A DNA stretch of 64,000 nt, taken from assembly GCA_051362555.1 (NCBI GenBank), contig CM120644.1:1248954-1312953 (forward strand), read 5' to 3'. Each line of letters opens with the position of its first letter. The stretch's first letter is position 1. Shown piece after piece: positions 39,062 through 52,054 of the stretch. The DNA comes from Lingula anatina. Taxonomy: Eukaryota > Animalia > Brachiopoda. Position numbers and translations under genes: made by a program. The notes beneath the pieces were generated by a model. The model had not been told where the DNA came from, did not search any database, and saw only the letters and a list, made by a program, of their open reading frames with translations.

Positions 39062-39738
39062 GATAAAACATGCCGTCCAATTCATTGGCAAGAAATATAA
39101 TTTTTCAACAGATGGGTAGGCTTTCTGAAATCCTCATAAATGTCTTAAAATGCCAAGAGACCTCCATAATCCCCACTTAAGTCACCGCTGCATACCTTAG
39201 TTGTCCTTCTACGAATTCTAAAGAAATTTGAGAAGGAAAAAAAATATGCCCAAACGCTGCATTACTTCATTGTTACAAGAAAAGGAGACTTCAAATAACA
39301 TACTGTCAAAGAAGAAGCAGTTGAGTGGTAATTTTCCATAGGTCTAAGAAAAGAAACTATTTTACTTTAGCAAACATATTTCCTTTTTTCTTTTTTTCAA
39401 AAGCAACTGGTAGTAACGAACCAATGCTAATGAACTTGACGAATGCTGCTAAATAAACAATACCCAATAAAATAACGTAAAAAAATATCATGACTGTCTT
39501 CTTATCACAAAGGTGGCAAGTCATTCAGGTCAGGACATGACAAATTTTACGAGTGTTTCATTAGATAAAAAGTGCTTGTGGTAAACTAAAAAGACAATGT
39601 TTATTGCAGCACTACAATTTATGGCAGACGATAGTCGTAACCGGGTTGGCATCAATATGTACTTGTAAGCTTCAAGGCGGTACGTGAATTGGATGGAAAA
39701 GAGTGGTACAAATGTAGTTGAACCGGGCGCCTCCGAGA

Positions 39739-39790
<52 letters not shown>

Positions 39791-39810
39791 GCACACACAC
39801 ACACACACAC

Positions 39811-39977
39811 CAGGGGCGGATCCGGAGATATTATCTGACAGTCTTCTTAATTATTTTGTTAATCCATCCTCCATTTTTGACCGTCTTCCGACAGAAAACA
39901 TTAGATAACCGTCAATGTAAACTTAAAAATCTGACCGTCTTCCGGAAGACCCAGAAGACGGCCTAAATCCGCCCCTG
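39811..39977. mobile_element. MITE, inverted copy of the 2903-3070 element, inserted in a (CA)n tract
   Basis: CAGGGGCGGATCC...AAATCCGCCCCTG; the interior is the reverse complement of 2903-3070; CACAC on both flanks. Confidence 0.85.
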
Positions 39978-40266
39978 CACACACACACACAGGGACGTTT
40001 AAAAAAACGCCCATATTGCCACGGATGATTTTTTTAATGCAGTGTATTATGTAATCCCCATTCCAAGCATATAAGATAAAAAATAAAACCAAACAAACAA
40101 AAGGGACAAAGCCGATAGTTTATTCACATATGTGTGGGCTGATATGCAGTTTAGATACAGTCATCTCAACTAGTTTATTAAAGCATTGCCTATTTGGAAA
40201 TGGAACATAAACGCATTTATTTGATAATGAGCTCTCGCAAAACACACAATAGCAATCGCGTACTAC

Positions 40267-40298
<32 letters not shown>

Positions 40299-41090
40299 AA
40301 GAGAGAAAAAGAGGGAGGGATGGTAGGGGGAAAAAGAGAGGATTGGCTTGCATGCGTTAAAACAATTCCATCATCACAAAAAATTAGTTAGGTAAGGCGT
40401 TTCTATCTTCAATTGTATTAACTGTATTAACATTTTTTTCTTAATTAGCAGATTCAGTGCTTTTTATGCTTAACTTTTACTTAGGCGTTATTTAACGGCA
40501 CCCCCTCCTTCAAGATAGCTCCCGCTGACTACTGTACACGTGCATTGGTCGTCCGCCAGTAGTCATTCTTTCATGAACAGAATTATAATGATCACTGGCG
40601 GACGCTCAATGCACGTGTGGTCACGGGGAGTGCTGGACTATTTGTACAACTCTTTTCCATTCGATTTATCTACCGCCTTGAAGCTTACAAGTACGTATGG
40701 CACCAACCCCGAGTATGCCCATTATGTCTATCAAAGTCTTTCCATTGTACCCCAGGCGCTTCTTATCTAATGAAACACTAGTAAATATGTCTTCTCTCAC
40801 ATGTCAAAACTTCTGAATGAATGAGTGACTTGCCAACTTTGAAGATACTTGGTAACTGAAACCAAAGTTAGTGATAATGCATTTCACGTGTATCTTATTT
40901 AGCCATTCCTACCTTAACACATATCTTGAGGCAAAGTATTCGGTTCCAAAATGCAATAATTACGCATTCGTTTTGTATTTTTGGACGTTATAAAATAGCT
41001 GCCTTGGTTTAGTTTTGACAGACTTCGACATCCGTCAAGATTCAAGTCCTTCTCCTAAACTCCGCAGACTACATCTCTTTTCAAGCCAAG

Positions 41091-41166
41091 ATGATGAAGT
41101 TGGTTCTATTCGCTGCTCTCCTGACCGTGGCCGCCGCCATGTATTGGGAAAGTCTTGGTCAAAGGT

Positions 41167-41204
<38 letters not shown>

Positions 41205-42127
41205 TTCCGCTAGTCTATTCCCCCCTCCAAAATACATGTCCAGTTGTAAAGGCCCTAAGGCTTATACAACAAAATCGAGATATTAGAAATGAGACAAAAC
41301 CTGTGGGGTTTATTTTTTATATTGAAAACTATAGGTTCCTGTTTTTATAAGGCCTCTTTAAGCAGTCAAAGTAATTTGAAAAGTAGGATTTGAAAAGTTG
41401 CCTTTTATAATTTGAATTAGGACTTACTACGGCTATCAACCAGACAGATATGGATATGGTTATAAACCAGACGACTATGGCACCAACAGCGGATATCACA
41501 GTTACGGCTACAACAGCTATGCAGGGGTAGGGTATAACTACAACAGAAGGAACGGATACACTGGATACGTACCAAGGCCTTATAACCTAATGTGAGTTTA
41601 ATGTTGACATTTTGATTTTGTTATATAATTTACTGTATCTTTTTTACCTAGAACATGTATAATCTGGTTTCTCCGACTAAAAAAGTATGAAAATTATGTA
41701 TGACATTCAGGTATAATCATTATAACATTTTTGAATGTTTTTGTACCTTTTCTAACTCATCTTCGCAATAAGGCAGAATAATTGTTCCCATTACTATAGA
41801 AAGACGACAAAGGAATGAATAACTTCTCAGTACTCTTTGCGTTTTTTAATAGCATTACATATGTTTGCTGCAAGTGTTATGTTAGACATACTTATACACG
41901 TGTTTGTGTTTGAATAACTGAAGATATAGGCCCTAACTACAAGAGGTGATTGCACATACTGGTATGTGTACATACAAATACATGTATATTTGACAAATTT
42001 TGCAGGGAGGACTATTGCTTATGGTATCATATAATACAATCTGTGTTAAATGATAATTAACACAAAATAGCTGTCGTTTTCTTCTATGACCATCTAAACG
42101 AAGTTTTCTTTTAATTCCAGGCACTGA
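41091..42127 (+). CDS. Gene F: secreted Tyr/Gly-rich protein, 83 aa; exons 41091-41164, 41421-41591, 42121-42127
   Basis: MMKLVLFAALLTVAAAMYWESLGQ AG|gtgag; ttag|RTYYGYQPDRYGYGYKPDDYGTNSGYHSYGYNSYAGVGYNYNRRNGYTGYVPRPYNL AT|gtgagt; ttccag|G CAC TGA gives MH*, matching SH* in gene A. TATA at 40989-40995; AATAAA at 42321-42326. Confidence 0.88.
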
Positions 42128-43452
42128 AAATGCACCTGTCCTTCACTCTGCAGCGTTCAGCGAAGGATATGACGACACCAGCCGTGTGATTTGTACTTTA
42201 CAATTGCTCTCACATATACTACCAAATGCTTGGAATACTTTTTCCGAGTGAATAGACTGATGCAATTTCGAAACTTAGTCTGGACCTATTTATCTTCAAA
42301 ATGTTTGTCATTGCCTAAGAAATAAAGCATAAAACCTGTCCCAAATAGTCTCTGTTTTGACTCCTACATCAATGAAAACGATTGACAAAAGTTAAAGACA
42401 TAAATATGTTGATGCTCATATATATGTAAATCAATCCGACTTTAACTCGTGTATGAGATAACACATACAATTACGGGTTCTAAAATAACTTAAAAAAGAC
42501 TAACTAAGTACGTTGTTTATCATAGAGATTGTGCCACAACTGAAAAATAATATAAGGACATCACAAGCCATCAGTTTTTTATCAAAGATGGGCTCGTGCT
42601 TATGGTGGATCTGTAGTCACGGAAGTTTGACTTTATGGAGAATTTCCAAACAAATTTATTCAGAACTATTCTCATCGTCAGTCTTTATGTTCATATTAGC
42701 TTTGTTATTTATATTTGGAGTTGGTTCCGCACAGTGTAACTGTTCTGTTTATCTAGCAGCGTTCCTCACAACCTTAATCCACACCCCTTACCTATCAAGT
42801 GAATTAATGCCATATTTCCGAAGTATAACCTTTCCTGATAACGGTAACTTCATTAAATGCCACACTTTTTTTCACTTGGCCTTTACTTTTAGTTAAATGT
42901 TATTTAACTGTAGCACGATGAAAATGAAATGTAAAAGTCCACGAGATGTGTTAGTATTAAAGGGATGGATTTTCTTAGTGAGCCAAACACAAAGGAAAAT
43001 GTGAAAGGCTCTGCTTGACTGTTCAACGTTCAGAAGTCTACACGATATCCAATGTTTGTTTAATAAGCTAAAATAGACGGTTTATAATTACTGACTACCC
43101 GTATACACGACATAAAGTCAGTGAAATTAACGTAGTATCTGACAGTGGGCTACCTGTGACCATTGTGACGCGAAAGTAGTTAGTTATCTTTCCAACTGGC
43201 AAGTCTTTTGAAAATGCGATGATAAAATAAGATGATACAATGATATAATAAGAAAAACATCAGCAGCTGATCGTTAGCCCTGTTTCTCTATTTCTAGACA
43301 AGACTGAAACCGTGACACCTTACACAGAGGGCCAATTCTGCAAATATCTGTAGGGACGTCCATCTGTTTGTGATTCTCTAATTAAACTATGGGAGTTCTA
43401 TTTCGAAAAGAATTCTCTGATATTTTTCATTGCTTCCTGCCGCAAAAGTCAC

Positions 43453-44670
43453 ATCACCAATTACTACCCACATTGCTTCCGAGTACACCAGTCACAATTT
43501 ATCACCAAATATTACCCACATTGCTTCCGAGTACACCAGTCACAATCTATCACCAAATATTAACCACATTGCTTATGAGTACACCAGTCACAATCTATCA
43601 CCAAATACTACCAACATTGCTTCCGTGTACACCAGTCACAATCTATCACCAAATACTACCCACATTGCTTCCGTGTACACCAGTCACAATCTATCACCAA
43701 ATACTACCCACATTGCTTCCGTGTACACCAGTCACAATCTATCACCAAATACTACCCACATTGCTTCCGTGTACACCAGTAACAATCTATCACCAAATAC
43801 TACCCACATTGCTTCCGTGTACACCAGTCACAATCAATCACCAAATATTACCCACATTGCTTCCGAGTACACCAGTCACAATCTATCACCAAATATTACC
43901 ACCTTTGCTTCCGAGTACACCAGTCACAATCTATCACCAAATACTACCCACATTGCTTATGAGTACACCAGTCACAAACTATCACCAAATATTACCCACA
44001 TTGCTTCTCAGTACACCAGTCACAATCTATCACCAAATACTACCCACATTGCTTCCGAGTACACCAGTCACAATCTATCACCAAATATTACCCACATTGC
44101 TTCTGAGTACACCAGTCACAATCTATCACCAAATACTACCCACATTGCTTCCGAGTACACCAGTCACAATCTATCACCAAATATTACCCACATTGCTTCC
44201 TAACACACCAGTCACAATCTATCACCAAATATTACCCACATTGCTTCTCAGTACACCAGTCACAATCTATCACCAAATACTACCCACATTGCTTCCGAGT
44301 ACACCAGTCACAATCTATCACCAAATATTACCCACATTGCTTCTGAGTACACCAGTCACAATCTATCACCAAATACTACCCACATTGCTTCCGAGTACAC
44401 CAGTCACAATCTATCACCAAATATTACCCACATTGCTTCCTAGCACACCAGTCACAATCTATCACCAAATATTACCCACATTGCTTCCGGGCACACCAGT
44501 CACAATCTATCACCAAATATTACCCACATTGCTTCCTAGCACACCAGTCACAATCTATTACCAAATATTACTCACATTGGTTCCGAGTACACCAGTCACA
44601 ATGTATCACCAAATACTACCCTCATTGCTTCCGTGTACACCAGTCACAATCTATCACCAAATATTACCAT
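43453..44670 (+). repeat. 39-bp minisatellite, about 31 copies
   Basis: Expanded array between F and G. A unit of 13 codons explains the open 443-aa and 257-aa ORFs. Confidence 0.95.
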
Positions 44671-45156
44671 GCGTGTTTATAAAGAGTATCAGGCATGCTC
44701 TTGGCACTTTCTTTGTATGACACTGATCACTGTGTTATAGTAAACAACGTCAAAATACATAACTTGCAAACCACTCAGAGAGCTAACGCAGACCTACACA
44801 AAGGAAACGGCATAAAAGTATATTCTTTTTTATTGTTATTTGGAGGAAACTTCGGGTGTTCTATTGTGATTGGTAGGTTTTCAATACCACTTGTAAAGTT
44901 TACTTTTTTCAGAATCAGAGTTTTTTGGAGAATCTTTTTAGAAAGTATATATAGACAATTGCAAAGACATACACTGTGTCTTTCTTGACGTAGGCCATAA
45001 CGATCCGTGCTTGATATTGGTGCCATTATTAATTAAGCGTCAGTTTGAATAATGCTTTTTTTTTTCTTAGAAATACATTTAGTCGTGGTGTCTTCTGGTA
45101 ATTAAATAATTAATTCATACATGTTATCTTAACGTGCTTGTACTATCGGTAAATAT

Positions 45157-45723
45157 AAATTTCTTTTAACTTTTACAAGCACTCAGAATAAAATCAGTTA
45201 AGGTGATTTTTTAATAAAAACACATTCGAGTGTCTGCGTATTTCACCAGGCCATGGCAAAAATTAGAAGCTTGATATTTCACTTAAGAAAAATAAACCTA
45301 TTCTGTCTTACATATGTAAATATACAGTGCCTTCAGTGGGTCTCTTTGATGCGGAAACAGTTATTTATAGAGTCCTTATTTCAAAAACTCTTGCATTTAC
45401 AATGAGTACTTCAAAGAGGGAGGTTCAAAATCAATGTCGTTTGCCTGCTGGGATAACTTTCTTTTAACTTTTACAAGCATTTAGAATAAAGTCAGTTAAG
45501 GTCATTTTTTAAAATAAAAACACTTTCGAGTGTTTCTGTATTTCGCCAGGCCATGGCAAAACTTAGAAGCTTTAAATTTTAGTTAAGAAAAATAAGCCTA
45601 TTCTGTCTTACATATGTAAATATACAAGGTCTTTAGTGGGTCTCTTTGATGCCGAAACAGTTATTTAGTCCTATTGTCAAAAACTCTGGCATTTACAATG
45701 TGTACTTCAAAGAGGGAGGTTCA
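45157..45723. repeat. Local tandem duplication of ~270-300 bp
   Basis: TTTCTTTTAACTTTTACAAGCA...CCAGGCCATGGCAAAA...CTTCAAAGAGGGAGGTTCA occurs twice (45157-45427, 45455-45723). Confidence 0.85.
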
Positions 45724-46330
45724 GTTTCTGATGAGGAACGTTGCCACGAGAAAGGGCCCACGCTGACATGGCATGTGTTGGCATATTTTAAAGAAATATT
45801 ATACAACAGTTCTCTTGACAAAAGTGGTTGTCTAAAGTGCTTGTCAAACCTTATAAAACCCCTGTTTTTTTGTCATTAACATCAACATGTCTTTAAACCA
45901 CGGATGTACCATGTTGCAGATACATGTTTAATCGCGAGATATGCAAAAGAAACAACAGACACGATGATGACACATTTCTGTGGATTTCTGTGATGGGCTT
46001 ATAAATATGATCCCTGTGTATGTGAGCTTTTAAAAAAAGATTCTCTTAAAAAAACGCTTATAATTCCCATGGACATTTACAATCTATATTGGTTAAAACA
46101 CTAAAAACAAAATGACATCATCATCACATATTTTATTGCATAAGCGTTGAAAAATTTCATACATGTAATACAGAATATGTTTCCAAATTGCACCGGTCTA
46201 TTTATGGGCAAAAGCAGAAAAGATATTTAGAATGATATGAGCAAGGATCTGTTTGGTATGGGTCACGTGGTTGATGTCGTCATATCCGGCTGTGCACACT
46301 GCAGAATAAAGGTTATCCGCAGCATCTGTT

Positions 46331-47502
46331 TCTGGAATATATAAAGAAATGTTTGATAATGTCATTTAGACACGGTACGGGTCACGGTTGTTATAAAAAC
46401 GGACCAATACATGACTTAATGACTAGACAATTGTCTAAAGTCTCTTCCTTCAGATCAATACAGTTCAATGCTTTTAACCCTTTGTTGTACTTATTGGCGG
46501 AGACTATCAAGACTATGAAGGCGGAGACTGTGTCGACACCTGCCAACTTGGAGCTTTTTTTACAAGATTGGTGGAACACATTTGGATCTTGACTCGAGCA
46601 CCATTCAGATAAATGATACAGAATAGGTCGGTTCGGTTAAGACAATGGAACGACCATCGCAAGTTATGTCATATTTACAGCATTAACTAGCCATTAGAAA
46701 TACATGTATTAAGCTGAAGTATACAATCGAGAAAAAAACTGTAAAATGTGATAGTTAATCTTACCACTTATATTGCCATGGGGTATATGATCCCTTCTTT
46801 CCTCCGTATTGAGGCTTTCCGTATCCATTACCTTTGTATCCATAACCTCCTCCGTTGCTGTTGTATCCGTTCAGGTGATATCCGTTGCGGTCACCATATC
46901 CGTACCCTTTACCATAATAGTTGTTATCGCCATTTCCATATCCGCCTAGTTGAAACTCATCAGGTGTCCTTTAACAAAATAAAAAGACATATAACTTTTC
47001 AATTTCATTGGGATAAAATTGTCAATATGAAAGAAGAAAGCGTCGCCTGTCAGTCTGTCAGTCTTCAGTGGCACTCTGCTTATTAGACGTGCAGTAAAGG
47101 CTGAGCGTATCATTTTCTCTATACAATGATCATTTCTTCGCTTGCTTTGTCTCGATTCTCGAGCGCTGAACAAAATAAACCACAACAGTAACTTGGTTCT
47201 AAACAAAGGTAAGCTAGGTGATTTCTACAGCTACAATTACATATACAGCTTTTAAAAGCAAACAGACTGTCCGGGTCAACCCCTTTTTAAATTCCAATTG
47301 CACTGTTAGATGAATTGAATGTTAATAATATTAAATCACAAAACAAACAATGATACCGTAGTAAACCTCTCTCTCTCTCACACACACACACACTAACACA
47401 CACACCACACACACACACACTAACACACCCTTTACTCCGAGAGACTCACCAATTGGCGGCTGTCACGGCCACGAGAGCAGCGAGTAGAATCAGCTTCATC
47501 AT
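46331..47502 (-). CDS. Gene G: secreted Gly/Tyr-rich protein, 85 aa; exons 47502-47450, 46968-46765, then exon 3 from 46331 (stop TG|A)
   Basis: MMKLILLAALVAVTAAN TG|gtgagt; ttaaag|WTPDEFQLGGYGNGDNNYYGKGYGYGDRNGYHLNGYNSNGGGYGYKGNGYGKPQYGGKKGSYTPWQYK TG|gtaag; ttccag|A. Exon 2 is 204 nt, as in B. TATA at 47598-47604; AATAAA at 46132-46137. The gene is intact only if the upstream donor is used. Confidence 0.78.
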
Positions 47503-49260
47503 CTTGGCGGCAAAAGTGCTGTCGTCTGCTAACAGTTGAAGTGTGACTTGGAGCTTGATTGAAGTCGAAGTCTGTCAAAACTGGACCAAGGCAACCATTT
47601 TTATACCGTCCCGACACTCAAGGAATTTGTAATAATTATCTTTTCAGAATCCAGTATTTTGCCTTTAGATATTTGTGACGAAGGTCGGGATGGTAAATTT
47701 GATGTAAGACGCATACGGAATAAATTAACATTTTTTTGCGTTTCAGTTGGCAACGCATCGTCAAACTGCTACAATTATGCATGATTTATAAACAGTCAGT
47801 GCTTATTACAAGAGAAATAAAGACTAAGGTAGAAACATGCCCAAACTACTGTTAACAGGCTTGCCTTACTTCTTTGATGCAAATATAAGATACATCAGTC
47901 AAAATATTCGTTTGAAAGTGGCTTTTTTTCTCGGTCTTTGAATTATGACAAAGTTTACAAAGCGTTTGGTTATGAATTCATATCTTAACGATTTAAACAA
48001 AAAAACTATTCAACAAACCAGCGTACCTATGACATTCATGAAGCAAATTATAAACTGCGATTTCTACTGATAAATAAATAATGCCAGAAATGAAAAATGG
48101 AAAAGAAACACCAACTTTTCCCCTTGTAACACCGGTGGCAAGTCTAACCTTATTATTAATTCTGAGTAAAAGTTACAGCAGGTTAGGACACTATATTTTA
48201 CGACCTTTTCATTAGATAAAAATTCCCTGCCTTGGTTGACTTAAAAGAACTCTAATGTTACAGATGATGGACAAACATGACAGGTGCCAGTAAGATGTGC
48301 TTGTCTGCTTTAAGACATACTAGTACCTGAACCTGATGGATTAGGGAGGTAACTTCAATCAGTCTCTCTTTCTATCACTCTCAAACACACACACGCACAC
48401 ACTTAAATAAAACCTGCTGTCCAAACCATCAACAAAAAATGTAATTTTTAAAACAGATGGGTAAACTTTCTGAAATCTTCATACATGTCTTAAAATGCAA
48501 AGGGACCTTCAAAATCCCCACTTAAGTCACCGCTGCACACCTTAGTTCTCCCTCTACGAATTCTAAAGAAATTTAAGAAGGGAACTAAATGTGCCCAAAC
48601 GCCGCCTTACTTCATTGTTACAAGAAAAGGAGACTTCAAGTAAATGCTGCCAAAGAAGAAGCAGTTGAGAAGTAATTTTCAATATGTCTCAGAAAAGAGA
48701 CTATTTTACTTTATCAAACACATCTACATGTTTTTTTCATAAGCAACAGATAGTAACGAACTAATGCATTCATTTCAAGCAGCTAATGAGCTTGATGATT
48801 GCTGCTAAATAAACAATACCCAATGAAAAAAACGTAAAAAACATATTGCCTGTCTTCTCATCACAAAGGTTGCATTTCATTCAGGTCAGGGCACGACAAA
48901 TTTTACGAGTGTTCCATTAGATAAAAAGTGCTTGGGGGTAAAATGAAAAGACTTTGTTTATTGCAGCACTACAATTTATGACAGACGGTAGGCTTAAACG
49001 GGTTGGCATTAATTATGTAATTGTGAGCTTCATGGCGGTACGTGAATTGGATAGAAATGGCACAAATGCAAATGAACCGGACGCCTCCAGGACGTAAAAA
49101 ACGCTCATATTGTCAGGAAAGGAATGAATATTTAAAATGCAGTGTATTATGCAATCCTCATTTCAAGCATATAAGATAAAAATAAAACAAAACAAACAAA
49201 AGGGCCATTTTCTTCGTAACCGCATACTTAAGAAAGCTCAATACATGCAAACTTTAGTTC

Positions 49261-49428
49261 CAGGCCCGTAGCCAGCAATTTCAAAAGGGGGTTTCTTTTT
49301 CTGAAAAAGTGGACCTTTTTCGATAAAAAACTTCATGTACCTAGATCAAGATTTACCCAGAGTGGACCTTTTCCTAGCAAAAGGGGCGGTTCTTCTGAAC
49401 CCTCCGAACCCCCCTGGCTACGGGCCTG
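49261..49428. mobile_element. MITE, CAGGCCCGTAGCCAG...CTGGCTACGGGCCTG
   Basis: 15-bp perfect TIR, TSD AGTTC/AATTC; empty site TTTAATTCATTC in the paralog at ~60040. Confidence 0.85.
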
Positions 49429-49633
49429 AATTCATTCAGGATAGTTTATTCCCATATGTGTAAAAGATTGGGCTAGTATGCAATTTAACATTCATCTCTA
49501 CTAGTTTGATAAAACATCGCCAATGTGGAAATGGAACATAGCCGCATTTATTTGATAATGAAGTATCGAAAAACACACAAAAACACACACTGAGAGAGAA
49601 AGAGAGAGTGTATGTGTTTGTGTGTTTGGGAGT

Positions 49634-49674
<41 letters not shown>

Positions 49675-49975
49675 AGGGAGGGGAGAGGGAGAGGATTGAC
49701 TTGCATGTGTTATGACAATTCCATCATCATAAAAATTAGTTGGAAAAGCGTTTCTATCTTCAGTTGTATAAAACGCATTAACAGTTTTTCTTAATTAGCA
49801 GAGTCTTAAACGCATTCTATGCTTCAAGTTGACTGAAGCGTTATTTAACGACTCACTCCTCCTTTAAGATAGCTCCAGCGCTACACGTGCATTGGGCGTC
49901 AGCCTGTAGTCATTCTTTTATGAACTGAATCAGAATGATCACCTGAACTTGATGGGTAAGTGTGGTTACTCCAAT

Positions 49976-50038
<63 letters not shown>

Positions 50039-50722
50039 TTAGATAAAACATGCCGTCCAAATCATTGACAAGAAATATAATTTTTCAACAAATGGGTGTG
50101 CTTTCTGAAATCCTCATACATGTCTTAAAATACAAAGAGACCTCCAAAATTCCCACTTATGTCACCGCTGCATACCTTAGTTGTCCTTCTACGAATTCTA
50201 AAGAAATTTGAGAAGGAAACAAAATGTGCCCAAACGCCGCCTTACTTTATTGTTACAAGAAAAGGACTTCCAATAACATACTGTCAAAGAAGAAGCAGTT
50301 GAGTGGTAATTTTCCATAGGTCTCAGAAAAGAGACTATTTTACACTAGCAAACATATTTCCTTTTTTTCTTTTTTTTTTCAAAAGCAACTGGTAGTAACG
50401 AACCAATGCTAATGAACTTGATGAATGCTGCTAAATAAACAATACTTAATGAAAATAACGTAAAAATTATCTTGTCTCTCATCTTATCACAAAGGTGGCA
50501 TTTCATTCAGGTCAGGGCACTAGAAAGTTTACGAGTGTTCCATTAGATAAAAAGTGCTTGGGTAAACTAAAAAGACTTTGTTAATTGCAGCACTACAATT
50601 TATGACAGACGATCGGCTTAAACGGGTTGGCATTAATTATGTAATTGTTAGCTTCATGGCGGTACGTGAATTGGATAGAAATGGCGCAAATGCAGTTGAA
50701 CCGGGCGCCTCCGAAATCTCTC

Positions 50723-50756
<34 letters not shown>

Positions 50757-50823
50757 ATGCAGGGACGTAAGAACGCTTATATTGTCAAGAAGGGAATGAA
50801 GTTTTAAAATGCAGTGTATTATG

Positions 50824-51971
50824 TGTAAGTATTGCGATAGATGTGCGGACCAGCACAGTGGAAGTCTAGGGAGCGGCCGATGCCCTTTTGTTCGCTAACC
50901 TGGGGCTTGGTGCGTTTACTGACGTCAAGGGTGGCCAGATCCCCTTGATGAGCGAAACCAATATTTTATTGGTCACTAAAATTCCTTTGTTTTTAGTCTC
51001 ATCCGCTGATTTCGCATTTTTGGTCTTTAACGAAGAGCAGTATACAGTAGTAAATTTATCATCGAAGAAGAACGGAGGAAAATTAGAGTAAACGAGCCAG
51101 TGAAACAGAGTAGAAAGTAAGCACAGTAAATAATTACTACTTTATAGTTTAAAGTAAGTTTCAAGTTTACTATAGTGGTATGTAAAAGTTGCTTTACGTA
51201 CGTTAAAACGTCTAGCTCCAGTTAATGCCGTTAAGCGCTACCGACATAGATCGTAACTTAGCGTTTTTCTACTTTTGTTAGCACAGCAATACAGTAATAG
51301 TTTGTGTGTTGTTCCCTACAGTGCTCTAACGGGAATGATTAACTAGAGTTTTATTTAATATTTCAATGAATAGTGCCGCTTTTGCTAGAACAAAGGCGCT
51401 CAGGGTATTCTTCTCAGGTCATGTTTGTAACGGGTCATTAGCGAACGCTAGTACGGTTGTGTTTAGGTTTGCATTGCCTTGACGCGTGCGGCGTGCTCGC
51501 TGTATCTTAGTACACTGATTCATCATATTAGTGGTAGTTTGTTTTATTGTTAGCCTGCATTGAAATAATAAGTGACGAAACCAACGAATAGCCTCCGCTG
51601 GAGGAGAGGAGATGCGGTAGTTGAGATCGTACATTAACATGGGAAGATCGTTGAATGCGACTTATGATGATACACAAACCACTCATGTTGTTTATGTATG
51701 GATAAGAGACAATTAGTGTTCGTTGTATTACGTATTAATTACTTAATTTTCATACATAGCTTGGAATTTTTGATAATTACTATATTTTTGTTATTTTTAT
51801 TTTAGGATAGACGGAGTGACGGCCCAATTGTATGAGCGGACTCCGTTTAGGTGTTTCATTTATTGCGGAAATAGTTCAATACAGATTCTGGAAACTAACT
51901 GAGACTTGTGTTTTATTTCTGTGACTAGATTTATCCCGATCATTGACAAAATAATAATAAGCCCGGCTACA
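50824..51971 (+). repeat. Gypsy 5' LTR (1148 bp)
   Basis: TGTAAGTATTGCG...AAGCCCGGCTACA, nearly identical to 57682-59933 once the insertion there is removed. Confidence 0.96.
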
Positions 51972-51974
51972 TTT

Positions 51975-51992
51975 TGGGGGCTCGTCCGGGAT
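51975..51992 (+). promoter_or_regulatory. Primer-binding site complementary to tRNA-Pro
   Basis: TGGGGGCTCGTCCGGGAT, 3 nt after the LTR; the same 18-mer is the known tRNA-Pro PBS of MLV. Confidence 0.92.
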
Positions 51993-52054
51993 TTCTCATC
52001 TCATTATTATTTTTGCCAAGTATTCAGTCTATTGGGAACTTCTTACCAGAAATT

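Noticed and set aside
43389-44720. 443-aa and 257-aa ORFs, and a CRISPR-like look of the 39-bp array
   Set aside because: Head-to-tail repeats with no unique spacers, no cas genes and a eukaryotic context. The frames are open because 39 is a multiple of 3; no signal peptide or splice support.
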